A stretch of 64,000 nucleotides of DNA, taken from Promethearchaeota archaeon. Lineage in GTDB: Archaea; Asgardarchaeota; Lokiarchaeia; Sigyniarchaeales; SOKP01. The stretch is from positions 32,001 to 96,000 of the forward strand of contig JAUVXW010000003.1 of NCBI GenBank assembly GCA_030603385.1. Reading direction: 5' to 3'. A model generated the notes under the pieces. The model ran no database searches. It was given only the letters and a program-made list of their open reading frames with translations, and was not told the origin of the DNA. Shown here in pieces: positions 40,784 to 51,616 of this stretch; position 1 is the first letter of the stretch, and each line of letters opens with the position of its first letter. The position numbers and the translations under genes are program-made.

Positions 40784-40924
40784 ATATCTGCTTCTTTCTT
40801 TGTTCAATTTATAATAAAAAAGCAAAATCTTGTAAAATTTTAATAATTAATGTATAAAACTTAAATTATTTTCCTAGATTTAATTTATAGATCTTAATTA
40901 TATATAAAAAAGAAGTTTTCTAAA

Positions 40925-41908
40925 ATGTTGACTCCAGAACAATTTAAAGAATTATTAAAGGATAATGTTATAAATCTTCGAATTCACGCTAGAGGTGGAC
41001 AAGGAGGTGTGACTGCTTCAAACTTATGCGTAGAAGCCTTTTATGGATATGGTGTTTGCCAACCTCTTTTTGGTGCAGAAAGAATGGGGTCTCCTACTGA
41101 AAGTTATGTCAGACTTAGCGCAAATGATGATCTTGTAAGGTCCAATGAACAAGTATATTCACCTCATTTTGTTTGTGTATTAGATCCTTCTCTTCTAGGT
41201 GAGATTAACGTAACCGCTGGTTTAGCTAAGGGAGGATGGTTAATTGTTAATACAACATTAAATCAGGAAGATATTCAAAATATTGTAGGCAGAACTGATA
41301 TAAATGTTGCTACTATTGATGCTACAAGAATCGCTTTAGAAGTTTTAGGCAGAAATATAACAAACACTATTATACTTGGCGCTCTTCTTAGGGTTGGACC
41401 AATATTTACGGTAGAAGCTTTAGCTGATGCGATTATGAGGCGTTTTAAAGGAGAGATTGCTGGAAAAAATGTAGCTGCAATTAAACAAGCAATCGAAGAA
41501 ACATGTGTTTATGATATTGGTCTTGATCCAGATCTTACTATGGATACAAAAATTCCATGGCAACAAGTATTTCCTGGGTTACCGGGCTTTAAAGAATTAG
41601 ATAAAGCAGGTGTTTGGTATTGCGATGAAACAGTTATAGAGATAGGAAGCAATCAAGTGAATACAGGTTCTTGGGGTGAATGGGACATGATTTGGGATGA
41701 AGAAAAATGTACAGATTGCGCTCAGTGCTGGTATATTTGCCCAGACTTTTCTATAATTAGAGAAAAGGGAGAGGATGGATTATGGCACATGAAGGGTATT
41801 GATATACTTCATTGTAAATCATGTCAAAATTGCCTTGAAATTTGTCCAGTTGAAGCTATTAGTAAAAGATTAAAACAAGGTCCGGCGTCATGTGCCGCAC
41901 CAGAATAA
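40925..41908 (+). CDS. porC: Pyruvate/2-ketoisovalerate:ferredoxin oxidoreductase gamma-delta fusion
   Basis: HARGGQG, FGAER.G.P, then TGSW and two ferredoxin motifs. Confidence 0.9.
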   Translation: MLTPEQFKELLKDNVINLRIHARGGQGGVTASNLCVEAFYGYGVCQPLFGAERMGSPTESYVRLSANDDLVRSNEQVYSPHFVCVLDPSLLGEINVTAGLAKGGWLIVNTTLNQEDIQNIVGRTDINVATIDATRIALEVLGRNITNTIILGALLRVGPIFTVEALADAIMRRFKGEIAGKNVAAIKQAIEETCVYDIGLDPDLTMDTKIPWQQVFPGLPGFKELDKAGVWYCDETVIEIGSNQVNTGSWGEWDMIWDEEKCTDCAQCWYICPDFSIIREKGEDGLWHMKGIDILHCKSCQNCLEICPVEAISKRLKQGPASCAAPE

Positions 41909-41922
41909 AGAGGTAGATAAAA

Positions 41923-43152
41923 TTGAGTATTGAACCAATGAAAATATTTTTTAAAGAAATTAAAGAGCCAATCACCACCACGATGATAGGAAATTATGCC
42001 GTTGCTGGTGGTGTTACTCAAACTGACCCAGATGTTATCTGTGCTTTTCCCATTACTCCACAAACTCAATCAGTAGAAGGATTATCTGATGTAGTCCATC
42101 AAGGTAGATTAAAGGCTGCTTTTGTAAATGTTGAATCTGAATTGGCTGCGATAAGTTTCTCAACTGCAGCGTGTGCCGCAGGAGCAAGATCTTTTACTGC
42201 TACAGCAAGTCAAGGGTACTTATTGATGACAGAGGGTCTACCAATGGCAGTTGGATGGAGATTACCCTTAACGATGATGATTTCCGCTCGTGCTTTTAAC
42301 TCCCCAAATTTATCTATTTGGAATTCTTGGGAATATACACAAGTTAATTCGGAACTTGGGTGGAATATAATCGTTTCTGAAAATGTTCAAGAGACCTATG
42401 ATGCAGCGATACTTTCAGTTATGATATCCGAAGATTCTTTGTTCCCAACAATTTTCGTTCATGATGGATTTATAATATCACATTCTGTACAAAAATTAAC
42501 TTTAATTCCTGATGAAAATGTAAAAAGAATGACTCCAAAAAAGCCAAGAGAGACAATTGACCCTTCAAAACCGGGAACTTGGGGTGGAATAGTTACTCCT
42601 GCTTATTTTATGGAAGGCAGAGCTAATTTAGATAAAGCTAAAGAACCAGTTTTGGGCCAAATGACTGATGTGTTCAAAAAATTTAAAACAGAAACTGGGA
42701 GAGAATATAATTTAATTGAAACTTATAATTTGGATAATTCATCAAAAACAGCAATATGTACTATGGGATCATTGTCTGGGAATATAATAAGCTGGATGAC
42801 TAAAAATAAGGATATTGGGTTAATCAAAATCCGAGTCTTTAGACCATTTCCTTATGAAGAACTAAGAAAAATCATTGAAGAATATGGAATAGAAAAGCTT
42901 ATACTGTTAGAAAAAAGTGATTCTTTAAATGGCATGTTACCTCCCTTTTCAATGTCCATAGCTACTGCGCTTTATCCACTTGGAACAATATTTAGAAGTT
43001 TTATTGTGGGTTTAGGTGGTCGAGATGTTACCAGAGATGAATTTGATATTGCGAAAAAGAAAATGGCTTCGATAACTGATATGAAAGGTCCACTTTATAT
43101 GTATCTCGGGGTAAGAGAAACTAAGGAAAAAATTCTTGGGGTGAGTGAATAG
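41923..43152 (+). CDS. porA: Pyruvate-type oxidoreductase alpha subunit
   Basis: FPITPQT, VESE, TATASQG, DGFIISH, GLGGRD. Confidence 0.92.
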   Translation: MSIEPMKIFFKEIKEPITTTMIGNYAVAGGVTQTDPDVICAFPITPQTQSVEGLSDVVHQGRLKAAFVNVESELAAISFSTAACAAGARSFTATASQGYLLMTEGLPMAVGWRLPLTMMISARAFNSPNLSIWNSWEYTQVNSELGWNIIVSENVQETYDAAILSVMISEDSLFPTIFVHDGFIISHSVQKLTLIPDENVKRMTPKKPRETIDPSKPGTWGGIVTPAYFMEGRANLDKAKEPVLGQMTDVFKKFKTETGREYNLIETYNLDNSSKTAICTMGSLSGNIISWMTKNKDIGLIKIRVFRPFPYEELRKIIEEYGIEKLILLEKSDSLNGMLPPFSMSIATALYPLGTIFRSFIVGLGGRDVTRDEFDIAKKKMASITDMKGPLYMYLGVRETKEKILGVSE

Positions 43153-44242
43153 AATGTCAAAACCAGAAAGAAATATAATTAATTTTGAAGATATTTTAGC
43201 AAGAGATGGAAAATGCAATGTGTTATTCTTTAATTATGATAATGAAGCGTTTATGAACACGGGAATTCAAGAAAGTGGAGCAACTCCTCCTTACGCATCT
43301 ACAACAACGGGTCCTGCAGGAGAGAAAATACCTGGAAAGGTTGGAGTAAAACAAGATTTGGTTACACCCTTCGCTTTCTATGGGACTAAAAAACTTTTCT
43401 TAGCTACAGTTAACCCAGCATATCCTAATGATTTTATGGGAAAGATGATGGATGCTCTCAAATCAAATGGTTCCGCATTCATTCAAGCATATTCAGATTG
43501 TATGAGAGGATGGAGACATGAAGCTGCTGACGCATTTAAAATATCAAAATTAGCGACAGATTGTGGATATTGGCCGTTATATACTATTAGAGTGGAAGAT
43601 GGAATGCCAGTTTTTACATATTACCGGGGATTAGATCTTGATAAAGATAAATTTGTAGAATACCTAAAATCCATGGGGAGATTTAGACATTTATTTAAAC
43701 CAAAATTCATGGAAAAAGAAATTAATGAAATCATTTATTTAACAGAAAAAAGAAATGAAAAATTAAAAGGATTAATAGAACAATTCGGAGCTGAAAAGCC
43801 AATTGATTTATATAGGGTAAATAGAAAAAAATTAGCTCCTCAAACTCATTTACAACGAGGTCATGGGCTTTGTCCTGGATGTGGGGCAGGAATGGTCTTA
43901 AATCAAATGGCTACTGCTGCTACAGCTGTAGCAGGCAATAATATTATTTATGTGAATAATACAAGCTGCTCTGAAGTATCCACTTCGAAAGATAACGTAA
44001 CTTCTTGGAATGTTCCCTGGGTGCATCACTTATTTGAATCAGGTGCCACAGTTGCAGATGGCATAATAACAGCTAAAAAAATCATGAAAGCTAAGGGATT
44101 ATATGATAGAGATATCCCATGGGTTATTCATATTGCAGGAGATGGTTCTACATATGATATTGGGTTCCAATTTCTTAAAGCAGCACTTATTAGAACAAGT
44201 AGTTTTATGGAAATGAATCAGTATCTAATAAATCAAAAATAA
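43145..44242 (+). CDS. porB: Pyruvate-type oxidoreductase beta subunit, circularly permuted
   Basis: YDNEAFMNTG near the N-terminus; GHGLCPGCG and GDG..DIGFQ near the C-terminus. Confidence 0.9.
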   Translation: MNRMSKPERNIINFEDILARDGKCNVLFFNYDNEAFMNTGIQESGATPPYASTTTGPAGEKIPGKVGVKQDLVTPFAFYGTKKLFLATVNPAYPNDFMGKMMDALKSNGSAFIQAYSDCMRGWRHEAADAFKISKLATDCGYWPLYTIRVEDGMPVFTYYRGLDLDKDKFVEYLKSMGRFRHLFKPKFMEKEINEIIYLTEKRNEKLKGLIEQFGAEKPIDLYRVNRKKLAPQTHLQRGHGLCPGCGAGMVLNQMATAATAVAGNNIIYVNNTSCSEVSTSKDNVTSWNVPWVHHLFESGATVADGIITAKKIMKAKGLYDRDIPWVIHIAGDGSTYDIGFQFLKAALIRTSSFMEMNQYLINQK

Positions 44243-44359
44243 TTTATTTTTATAATTTCATTTTTTTTATTTCATTATCAACTATATTTTTTAAATTAAT
44301 TCTACAAATCTGGTTTTTCCTAAAGGAATATTTTTTTTAATTCAACTACTATTTCTTTT

Positions 44360-45127
44360 ATGGTAATTAAAGTCGAAAAGAATTATCCAATTTATACAGT
44401 AATAATTGATAATCCCGATGTGAAAAATGCTGTAGATAAAGATGCTGCTAATCAACTTGCTAATGCATTTAGAGAATTTGAATTAGATGAAAAAGCTTTA
44501 GTTGGTGTCTTATGGGGTGCAAATGGAACTTTTTGCTCAGGAGCAAATTTAAAAAATATTGCTGAGGGAGGGGGAAACCGAAAAGAAAAAGATGGGGATG
44601 GACCAATGGGTCCGTCTAGATTACAATTATCTAAACCTGTGATCGCAGCAGTAGCAGGATATGCAGTTGCAGGGGGTCTTGAACTTGCTTTATGGTGTGA
44701 TATGCGAGTAGTTGAGAGAAATGCTATATTTGGGGTTTTTTGCCGTAGATTCGGGGTACCTTTGATTGATGGTGGTACTGTCCGGCTTCCAAGGCTTATT
44801 GGATTAAGCCGAGCTTTAGATATGATTCTTACAGGGCGTCCTGTTAATGCAGAGGAAGCATATAATTGGGGATTAGCAAATCGGATTGTTGATATTGGGC
44901 AATCAAGACAGGAAGCTGAGAAATTAGCAAGGCAGATTGCTGAATTTCCACAAATATGTATGAGAAATGATAGGTTATCCTCTTATAGTCAGTTTGGATT
45001 GAATATAAAAGATGCAATGCTTCAAGAGTTTGAATATGGTTTAAAAACTTTAGAAACAGGAGAACATCTAAAAGGGAGTAAAACATTTATTCAAGGAAAA
45101 GGAAAGCATGGCTCTTTTGATAAATAG
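44360..45127 (+). CDS. Enoyl-CoA hydratase/isomerase
   Basis: FCSGA, GYAVAGGLELA, FCRRFGVPLIDGG. Confidence 0.92.
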   Translation: MVIKVEKNYPIYTVIIDNPDVKNAVDKDAANQLANAFREFELDEKALVGVLWGANGTFCSGANLKNIAEGGGNRKEKDGDGPMGPSRLQLSKPVIAAVAGYAVAGGLELALWCDMRVVERNAIFGVFCRRFGVPLIDGGTVRLPRLIGLSRALDMILTGRPVNAEEAYNWGLANRIVDIGQSRQEAEKLARQIAEFPQICMRNDRLSSYSQFGLNIKDAMLQEFEYGLKTLETGEHLKGSKTFIQGKGKHGSFDK

Positions 45128-45172
45128 AAACTAATTTATGTATCTGCAAATTAAATAATAATTGGTGATGAT

Positions 45173-45589
45173 ATGATTAAATTTGAAGAATTTAGACTCA
45201 AAACCCCAGAGAGAGAAATACTTTTAGATGTAACAAATGAAGTGCATAAAATTGTAAGGAATTCTAATATACAAGAGGGTATATGTCGAGTATTTGTACC
45301 CCATACTACAGCAGGAATAACAATTAATGAAAATGCAGATCCTTCAGTAATAAAAGACATAAGTAACTATTTAGGAAAACTAATTCCACATGAAGGAGGA
45401 TTAGGATACACCTTTAAGCACAGAGAAGGAAATTCAGATGCCCATATCAAATGTACGCTAACTGGACATTCAGTTGAAATAATAATTCATGAAAACAGAT
45501 TAATGCTTGGAACATGGCAAGGTATAATGTTTGCTGAATTTGATGGTCCTCGTAACAGAAGGATTTATGTACAGATTCAGGGGCAATGA
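45173..45589 (+). CDS. yjbQ: YjbQ/UPF0047 family protein
   Basis: HTTAGITINE, NSDAHIK, LGTWQ, EFDGPR. Confidence 0.93.
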   Translation: MIKFEEFRLKTPEREILLDVTNEVHKIVRNSNIQEGICRVFVPHTTAGITINENADPSVIKDISNYLGKLIPHEGGLGYTFKHREGNSDAHIKCTLTGHSVEIIIHENRLMLGTWQGIMFAEFDGPRNRRIYVQIQGQ

Positions 45590-45679
45590 TAAGAATCGGG
45601 CTCAAATTGATATAATCTATAATAAACCTTAATTCATTTCAAAAATTTAATCTTATAATTATTTATATAGGGGATTTAA

Positions 45680-46750
45680 ATGGAATTTGGTTTTAATTCG
45701 CTCTCGAATTTAGCAAAAATTAAAAAAAATGTCAAAAGAAAGAGAATTTCCAGCTACGATAAAAGTGGGGCAAATGCAGATTTTATTTTTATAGAAAACA
45801 AGGAAAAATACAATATATGTGATATTCATGGATCGGGTATAATAAAACACATTTGGATGACATTGGCATCCCAAGATAATAATTATTTAAGGAAAGTCAT
45901 TATTCGAATGTGGTGGGATGATGAAGAAAATCCCTCTGTTGAATGTCCAATTGGTGATTTTTTTGGTATTGGACATGGGAAAACTGTAAATTTTTGGAGT
46001 TTACCACTATCAATGGGTCCTAATGATGGCAAGGGCTTTAATTGCTTTTTCCCCATGCCGTTTTCTAGAAGAGCAAGAATCGAAGTCGAAAATGAAAGCG
46101 ATGAAAGCAAATTAATATGTTATTTTTATATTGATTATGAAGAATATTCTGAAATTGAACCATCTTATGGAAGATTTCATGTTTTATGGAGAAGAGAAAA
46201 CCCTTGCAAGGGTCAAGACTATGAATATCTAAAGAAAAGAAGTTATAAAGCATCAAAGTTTAGTAAAAAAAATCCATCTCATGAAGATGATTATTTAGTT
46301 ATGGAAGCTGAGGGAGAGGGTCATTATGTGGGGTGTCATTTAGATATCCATAACTTATTTGAAACTGAAAGACATAATTGGCCTGGTGAAGGCGATGATT
46401 ACATTGAGATTGATGATGGTGAAATCGTTCTTTATGGAACAGGAACAGAAGACTATTTCTGTGGCTCGTGGTGCCCTATTCAATATTATTGTTCACCTTA
46501 TTTTGGAGTAACTTTAACTGGTGGGAAGAATTGGAGTGGAAAGATCTCATATTATCGGTATCATATTGAGGATCCAATTTACTTTCATAAAAATATTAAA
46601 ATAAAAATAGAACATGGACACGCTAATCAACGTTCGGATGATTGGTCATCAACAGCATATTGGTATCAAACAGAACCTCATAAAAAGTTTAACCCATTAC
46701 TGCCTGTAGATGAAAGATTGCCAAGAGAAAAGCCTAAAGAAATAAAATAA
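45680..46750 (+). CDS. DUF2961 / glycoside hydrolase family 172 protein
   Basis: HIWMT, PIGDFF, PMPF, GEGD, GTGTEDYF, YRYH..DPI.F, EHGH. Confidence 0.9.
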   Translation: MEFGFNSLSNLAKIKKNVKRKRISSYDKSGANADFIFIENKEKYNICDIHGSGIIKHIWMTLASQDNNYLRKVIIRMWWDDEENPSVECPIGDFFGIGHGKTVNFWSLPLSMGPNDGKGFNCFFPMPFSRRARIEVENESDESKLICYFYIDYEEYSEIEPSYGRFHVLWRRENPCKGQDYEYLKKRSYKASKFSKKNPSHEDDYLVMEAEGEGHYVGCHLDIHNLFETERHNWPGEGDDYIEIDDGEIVLYGTGTEDYFCGSWCPIQYYCSPYFGVTLTGGKNWSGKISYYRYHIEDPIYFHKNIKIKIEHGHANQRSDDWSSTAYWYQTEPHKKFNPLLPVDERLPREKPKEIK

Positions 46751-46778
46751 AAATTGAAGAAATTGAAAAATTATACTT

Positions 46779-47477
46779 TTATTCAAGAGCTTTTTTAATA
46801 GCAGCTCTTGCGAGCAATCGTGTAGAATCGAGGAGAGGTAACGGTGAATTATCTGGATCAACTAATAGAGGTATTTCCGTACATCCTAGTACAACCGCAT
46901 CACAACCGTTAGCTTTAAGTTTTTGTAGTATCTTATTAAAAAATATACTAGATTTCTCAGTAAAAATACCATTTACTAATTCTTCAAAAATAATCTGATC
47001 TATTTTTTCTTGATCTCTTTCTTGTAGAATTTCACAGTTAATCCGAAATTTTTTAAGAGCATCGGGATAAACTGGTGATGTGACAAGATATTTTGTTCCT
47101 AATATGCCTAAATGTTTAAATTTCTTATTTTTAGCTTCTTCTCCTACAACTTCTGCAATATTCAACCAAGGGATTGGTGATCTGGATATCATTAGGTTAT
47201 ATGCTTGGTGTATTGTATTATCAGGGCAAATTGCAAAATCAGCTCCTGCTTTTGCTACAATTTCCGTGGAAGTAAGCATTAGCTCTGCTACTTTTTCCCA
47301 ATCCCCATTCCAGATGTATTGCATATAATCAGAAAGAGGTGGTGTATGCATAGTGATCTCAGGATGTCTATATTTAAACAATTTTTCCTGTGCTTCTATA
47401 CATATTGTAGTATAACATAAGGCAGCTCCTTCTGCACTACAAGCAACAATTCCAATATGTTTGACCAAATTTAACAC
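46779..47477 (-). CDS. Aspartate/glutamate racemase family
   Basis: CPDNTIH, GILGT, VLGCTEIP. Confidence 0.88.
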   Translation of the reverse strand: MLNLVKHIGIVACSAEGAALCYTTICIEAQEKLFKYRHPEITMHTPPLSDYMQYIWNGDWEKVAELMLTSTEIVAKAGADFAICPDNTIHQAYNLMISRSPIPWLNIAEVVGEEAKNKKFKHLGILGTKYLVTSPVYPDALKKFRINCEILQERDQEKIDQIIFEELVNGIFTEKSSIFFNKILQKLKANGCDAVVLGCTEIPLLVDPDNSPLPLLDSTRLLARAAIKKALE

Positions 47478-47587
47478 CTATTTACTTTAAGTATTATATT
47501 TTTGCTAATTTAAATTCTCTTAATTTTTTTAATTAACGCTAATTAGCAGTACTAGAATGTACATAAACTTCATTTCCTTCACCATTG

Positions 47588-48394
47588 TTATTTCAATCCT
47601 AATATAACTCTTGCTTCTGATGGATCTGCTATTTCACGACGAACATGTTTACAAATATCGACATAATTTTTTATAATTTCTGCATTATTTTTTGCTGGTT
47701 TTTCTTTTTTAATGAACGGGTAATCCTCCGTACCAACCCTTATATTTCCATCATGGGTAAGAACAAATACTAAAAGCTTCATTTGATCTTCTCCCATTAC
47801 ACTCACACCATGAATAGATTTCTGTGGCATGAATTTTTTTCTATACATATATTCTTGATAATTTGCTGGACTCCACATACCTCCTGGCCAATTGAAGAAT
47901 AAAGTTAAAATATGCGGATTTGACCATTCTATTAAACTTTTATCGATTAAATAATTTAAATTCCAGGAAGATCCCGTATGCCACAATTCCCAATCAGGCT
48001 TAATATTATATTTTTTTAATTTCATACAGTATTCTTCCAATTCTTTTATTGGATGTAGAATATCCACTTTAACTTGATCAAAATACTCAGCATCATGATT
48101 CAACATTACTGACATCATTTCTGGTTTAGCATCAAAATCTCCTTTTCTTTGTTGGATCGACTCACTAGACAGCCCCGCCTGAATAATTATATCACATCTT
48201 TCTCGTATTCTCTTGACTGTTTCAATTTCCTTTCCTCGAGGCAAGTGAACATGAGCAACTGCAGCACCCGCATCACAACATTCGACTACATCCTCAATTA
48301 GTTGCTCAGTTGTTTCTGCCCAATTTTTTACTTCAGGATATACCAAAGAATTTGCAGTGGTAGCGGTTATTATTATTTTTTGGTTTTCTTTCAT
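47588..48394 (-). CDS. Beta-keto acid cleavage enzyme (BKACE/DUF849); start moved to ATG 48394
   Basis: KIIITA, AGAAVAHVH, NIRVGTED. Confidence 0.88.
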   Translation of the reverse strand: MKENQKIIITATTANSLVYPEVKNWAETTEQLIEDVVECCDAGAAVAHVHLPRGKEIETVKRIRERCDIIIQAGLSSESIQQRKGDFDAKPEMMSVMLNHDAEYFDQVKVDILHPIKELEEYCMKLKKYNIKPDWELWHTGSSWNLNYLIDKSLIEWSNPHILTLFFNWPGGMWSPANYQEYMYRKKFMPQKSIHGVSVMGEDQMKLLVFVLTHDGNIRVGTEDYPFIKKEKPAKNNAEIIKNYVDICKHVRREIADPSEARVILGLK

Positions 48395-48523
48395 AATTAT
48401 ATTCAATAAGTTCTTATGATACCTTGTAGTATATAAGCCTTTATATACCAAAAAAGCTAATTTTTTTTTTACTTGACTTCCTAAAAAATTTAATAAATAA
48501 AAATATTTGGAGATAGTCCATTT

Positions 48524-49321
48524 TTGCCAAAAGTAAAAGTTAATGATATTAATATATATTACGAGATTCATGGAGAGGGATTTCCGCTTTTAATGATAAG
48601 AGGATTATCCTCTGATGTATATCGTTGGCCTTTGAGTTTAGTGAAAGAAATTTCAAAACATTTTAAAGTGGTTCTGTTCGATAATAGAGGAGCAGGTCGT
48701 ACAGATAAACCTAATATCGAATATTCAATTAAGATAATGGCTGATGATACAACTGGTCTAATGAAAGTTTTAAATATAGAAAAAGCACATATACTTGGAT
48801 ATTCAATGGGGGGATTTATTGGTCAAGAGATCGCTTTAAATTATCCTGAAAAAGTAAAAAAACTTATATTATGTTCAGCAGGGTGTGGCGGTCCAAAAAG
48901 CGTTCCTGCATCGGAAGAAGTAAGAGAAGGACTAGATAGTAATCGGGAAGGCTTATCAGATGAAGAATTACTCAGAAATTGGCTTCCCATTTATTTCACT
49001 GAAAGCTTTATACAGATTAACCCTGATGAGGTAGAAGAATATGTACGTAGATCCCTCTTAGCGCCAATACCTCCCTATGCCTACAGACGTCAATTGATGG
49101 CGGCATTTAGTTTTAATTCATATGAAAGGCTAAAAGACATAAAAACTCCAACTTTAGTTTTAAGTGGGAAGGAAGATATACTAGTTCCTCATGAAAACTC
49201 AATTCTATTAGCAGAAAACATACCTGGAGCAAGATTATCTTTACTTGAGAACCTTGGTCATGGTCTTTTCACACCAGACCCATTGCTAATCGCAAAAATA
49301 ATCATTGAATTTCTTACTTAG
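48524..49321 (+). CDS. Alpha/beta hydrolase
   Basis: DNRGAG, GYSMGG, ED, GH. Confidence 0.92.
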   Translation: MPKVKVNDINIYYEIHGEGFPLLMIRGLSSDVYRWPLSLVKEISKHFKVVLFDNRGAGRTDKPNIEYSIKIMADDTTGLMKVLNIEKAHILGYSMGGFIGQEIALNYPEKVKKLILCSAGCGGPKSVPASEEVREGLDSNREGLSDEELLRNWLPIYFTESFIQINPDEVEEYVRRSLLAPIPPYAYRRQLMAAFSFNSYERLKDIKTPTLVLSGKEDILVPHENSILLAENIPGARLSLLENLGHGLFTPDPLLIAKIIIEFLT

Positions 49322-49414
49322 TTTCAAGATAAAATAAACTCATAGTAATGTTTAATAAAATATAAAATGAGAGTTATATGTTAGATGAATCAAGACATTT
49401 CCATGTAATAATAT

Positions 49415-50602
49415 TTATACATATTCTATAGTTGCTGGTGGTTTTGGAGTTACATCGAAGTATACAATTTTAGTTTTAGGAATTTTAAGAAGTTCTTGTT
49501 TTAACTGATTTAACAGCTCAAATGGCAAATTTGTAACTGTTGCGGTTCTGGCATCTCTACTATTGATAGATCTAATTATTACATCGTATTGACCTGTAGG
49601 ATTATTACCTAGTTCGAATAAAATCCGAGAAAAACCTTTGAGTTCGGAAGCCTTTTTAATAAGCTTATCAAAATCCCATTCTCCTTTTTCAATTTTAGGT
49701 GTCTGATAAGTTCTGCCTCCATTAACTAATCCTGTAACTTTCTGACTAATAACACCTTCGCTAATTGCAGCAAAAACTTGGAACGGTTCCTGTTCTCCAT
49801 AGCTATTAATAATCATTGTCTTTCCATATTGATTTTTATAGAAATCTTCTAAACGAGCTTCAACGAGGTCATGAACCTTTTTCTCAAATTTCAAATTTTC
49901 AAAGGTGACAGGACCAATGATTCGAGCTGATAAGGCAGGCCCTGGAAACGCTTTCCTATAGATTAGCTCATCTGGCATTCCTAGATATTCAAGCACTTTA
50001 CGTATTTCATGTTTAGTCAAACTTGCTACTGGTTGAATTGTTGCCTCAACATCATATTCAATTTCTACATTATGCTGGCTTTTTACAAATCTTTTTATAT
50101 GAGTATTTTTCAAGGCAAGTTCTTCCTCTAATGTCATAGTTTCTTTTAAATCAGTGATTTTCACCCCAAAACTTTCTTCTATATCGGGGAGTATCGTTCC
50201 ATCTGCCAGAAGATCGCATTTTTCTTCTTTTATAACTTCACTAATAGTACCAGAATAGGCATCCTTGAATAAATGTCTTTTCTTTTCAGCATCTCCTTCA
50301 CCTATAATTTTGGGAAGAAATTGGTCTCGAATATCTAAAATAATTATATCAGGAAACAATTTTTTAATATATTCTCTCTCTTCGACACCTCTAATAACTC
50401 TCATTAACCCATGATCAATAAAAACAGGGATTGTATCAATTTTTGCCTTTTTAAGTAAAAGGTATGCAGTTGAGCTATCAATTCCCCCTGATAAAGCACA
50501 AAATACTTTTTTACCTTTAGCATGCTTATTCAGAAATTTAATTGCTTCCTTAACAAACTTCTTGGGTTCTCGAGGGGGATTAATTAATCTGTGATTTAAC
50601 AT
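49415..50602 (-). CDS. guaAB: GMP synthase subunit B (ATP pyrophosphatase), divergent
   Basis: ALSGGIDS, KSQHNV, FPGPAL, DVTPKPPATIEY. Confidence 0.88.
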   Translation of the reverse strand: MLNHRLINPPREPKKFVKEAIKFLNKHAKGKKVFCALSGGIDSSTAYLLLKKAKIDTIPVFIDHGLMRVIRGVEEREYIKKLFPDIIILDIRDQFLPKIIGEGDAEKKRHLFKDAYSGTISEVIKEEKCDLLADGTILPDIEESFGVKITDLKETMTLEEELALKNTHIKRFVKSQHNVEIEYDVEATIQPVASLTKHEIRKVLEYLGMPDELIYRKAFPGPALSARIIGPVTFENLKFEKKVHDLVEARLEDFYKNQYGKTMIINSYGEQEPFQVFAAISEGVISQKVTGLVNGGRTYQTPKIEKGEWDFDKLIKKASELKGFSRILFELGNNPTGQYDVIIRSINSRDARTATVTNLPFELLNQLKQELLKIPKTKIVYFDVTPKPPATIEYV

Positions 50603-50869
50603 AGAGTTGATTAATATTTATGTTAAAATAAGTGTAGTTATTAAGTGGTTATGATTTATGATTTATTCGCATGATTCGAACTGATCAAGGGCAAATTTGA
50701 ATGGTCCTGGGGGAGTATCTCCTCTAACTATTGCTCCAGATGACCTTAAGGATCTATTGATTCCTGTGGAAAGAAATCCGTTAGAGTATAACATAAAGGG
50801 GTATTCAGGATATAAATATATACCAGATTGGAAAATAAACACTGAGTCCTTCACCTGCTTTCCGGTTAT

Positions 50870-51391
50870 TCAGTCTTGATTCTGGAGAAATTCTTCGAGT
50901 TGGACGAAAATCCCATCTGGATCCCTAGCCGTAACGATTTTTATTAGATCCTTTCCTGGTGTTTCAGGAGTTAGGTCTGCAACTTGAGGAGGGCTAATAA
51001 ACTCAACACCCTTTGACTTTAGATAGTTGTATACTTTGTCAACATCATCCACCTCAAGGGAGATCCGAGTGATTCCGACATTGTTTATTTTATCATAAGG
51101 TTTTCCCGTAGAAGGTGGTTTAGTCCATTGAAGAAGATCAAGCACTGTTGCATTTTTATCATAGCCAAAGCGGATAACCCAGCCTTTATATTCCGCTGTA
51201 TTACCCAACCCAAGAGCAATTCCGACGCCTTCGCTCTCGGTCTTTCTTTTAATAATCTCTGCCTTCTCTCTATTCCCGAGTAAATGTCCTCCTAGCAAGT
51301 CAACATAGAATTCCAGTGATTTTTCAATGTCTGAACAAACTACATTAAAATGAATAATCCTTTTTATCATTAGAGTGCTTTTTTTTTTCAT
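50870..51391 (-). CDS. VOC/glyoxalase family protein
   Basis: HFNVVCSDIEKSLEFY, VDDVD, RDPDG. Confidence 0.9.
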   Translation of the reverse strand: MKKKSTLMIKRIIHFNVVCSDIEKSLEFYVDLLGGHLLGNREKAEIIKRKTESEGVGIALGLGNTAEYKGWVIRFGYDKNATVLDLLQWTKPPSTGKPYDKINNVGITRISLEVDDVDKVYNYLKSKGVEFISPPQVADLTPETPGKDLIKIVTARDPDGIFVQLEEFLQNQD

Positions 51392-51616
51392 TTTTTTTAC
51401 TATTCCTATTTGTTAATTTTTAAATATAATCAGCTTAATTTATTTAAAAGAATTTTCCTTCGAAAGTTAACCTTTTTCAAATCAGAAAATTGTATAAATG
51501 ATTATTAAATCAATATAAAATACCCCTTTTTTTCGGAAAAATTCTTTTTTGATCTTATTTTAATTTGCTAAAATTCAAGTAATAAACAAAATTTTCAAAT
51601 TTACAGGTGAAAAATA

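Noticed and set aside
48395-48571. N-terminal extension of the BKACE ORF
   Set aside because: Overlaps the divergent hydrolase and its promoter; family homology starts at MKENQKIIITA.
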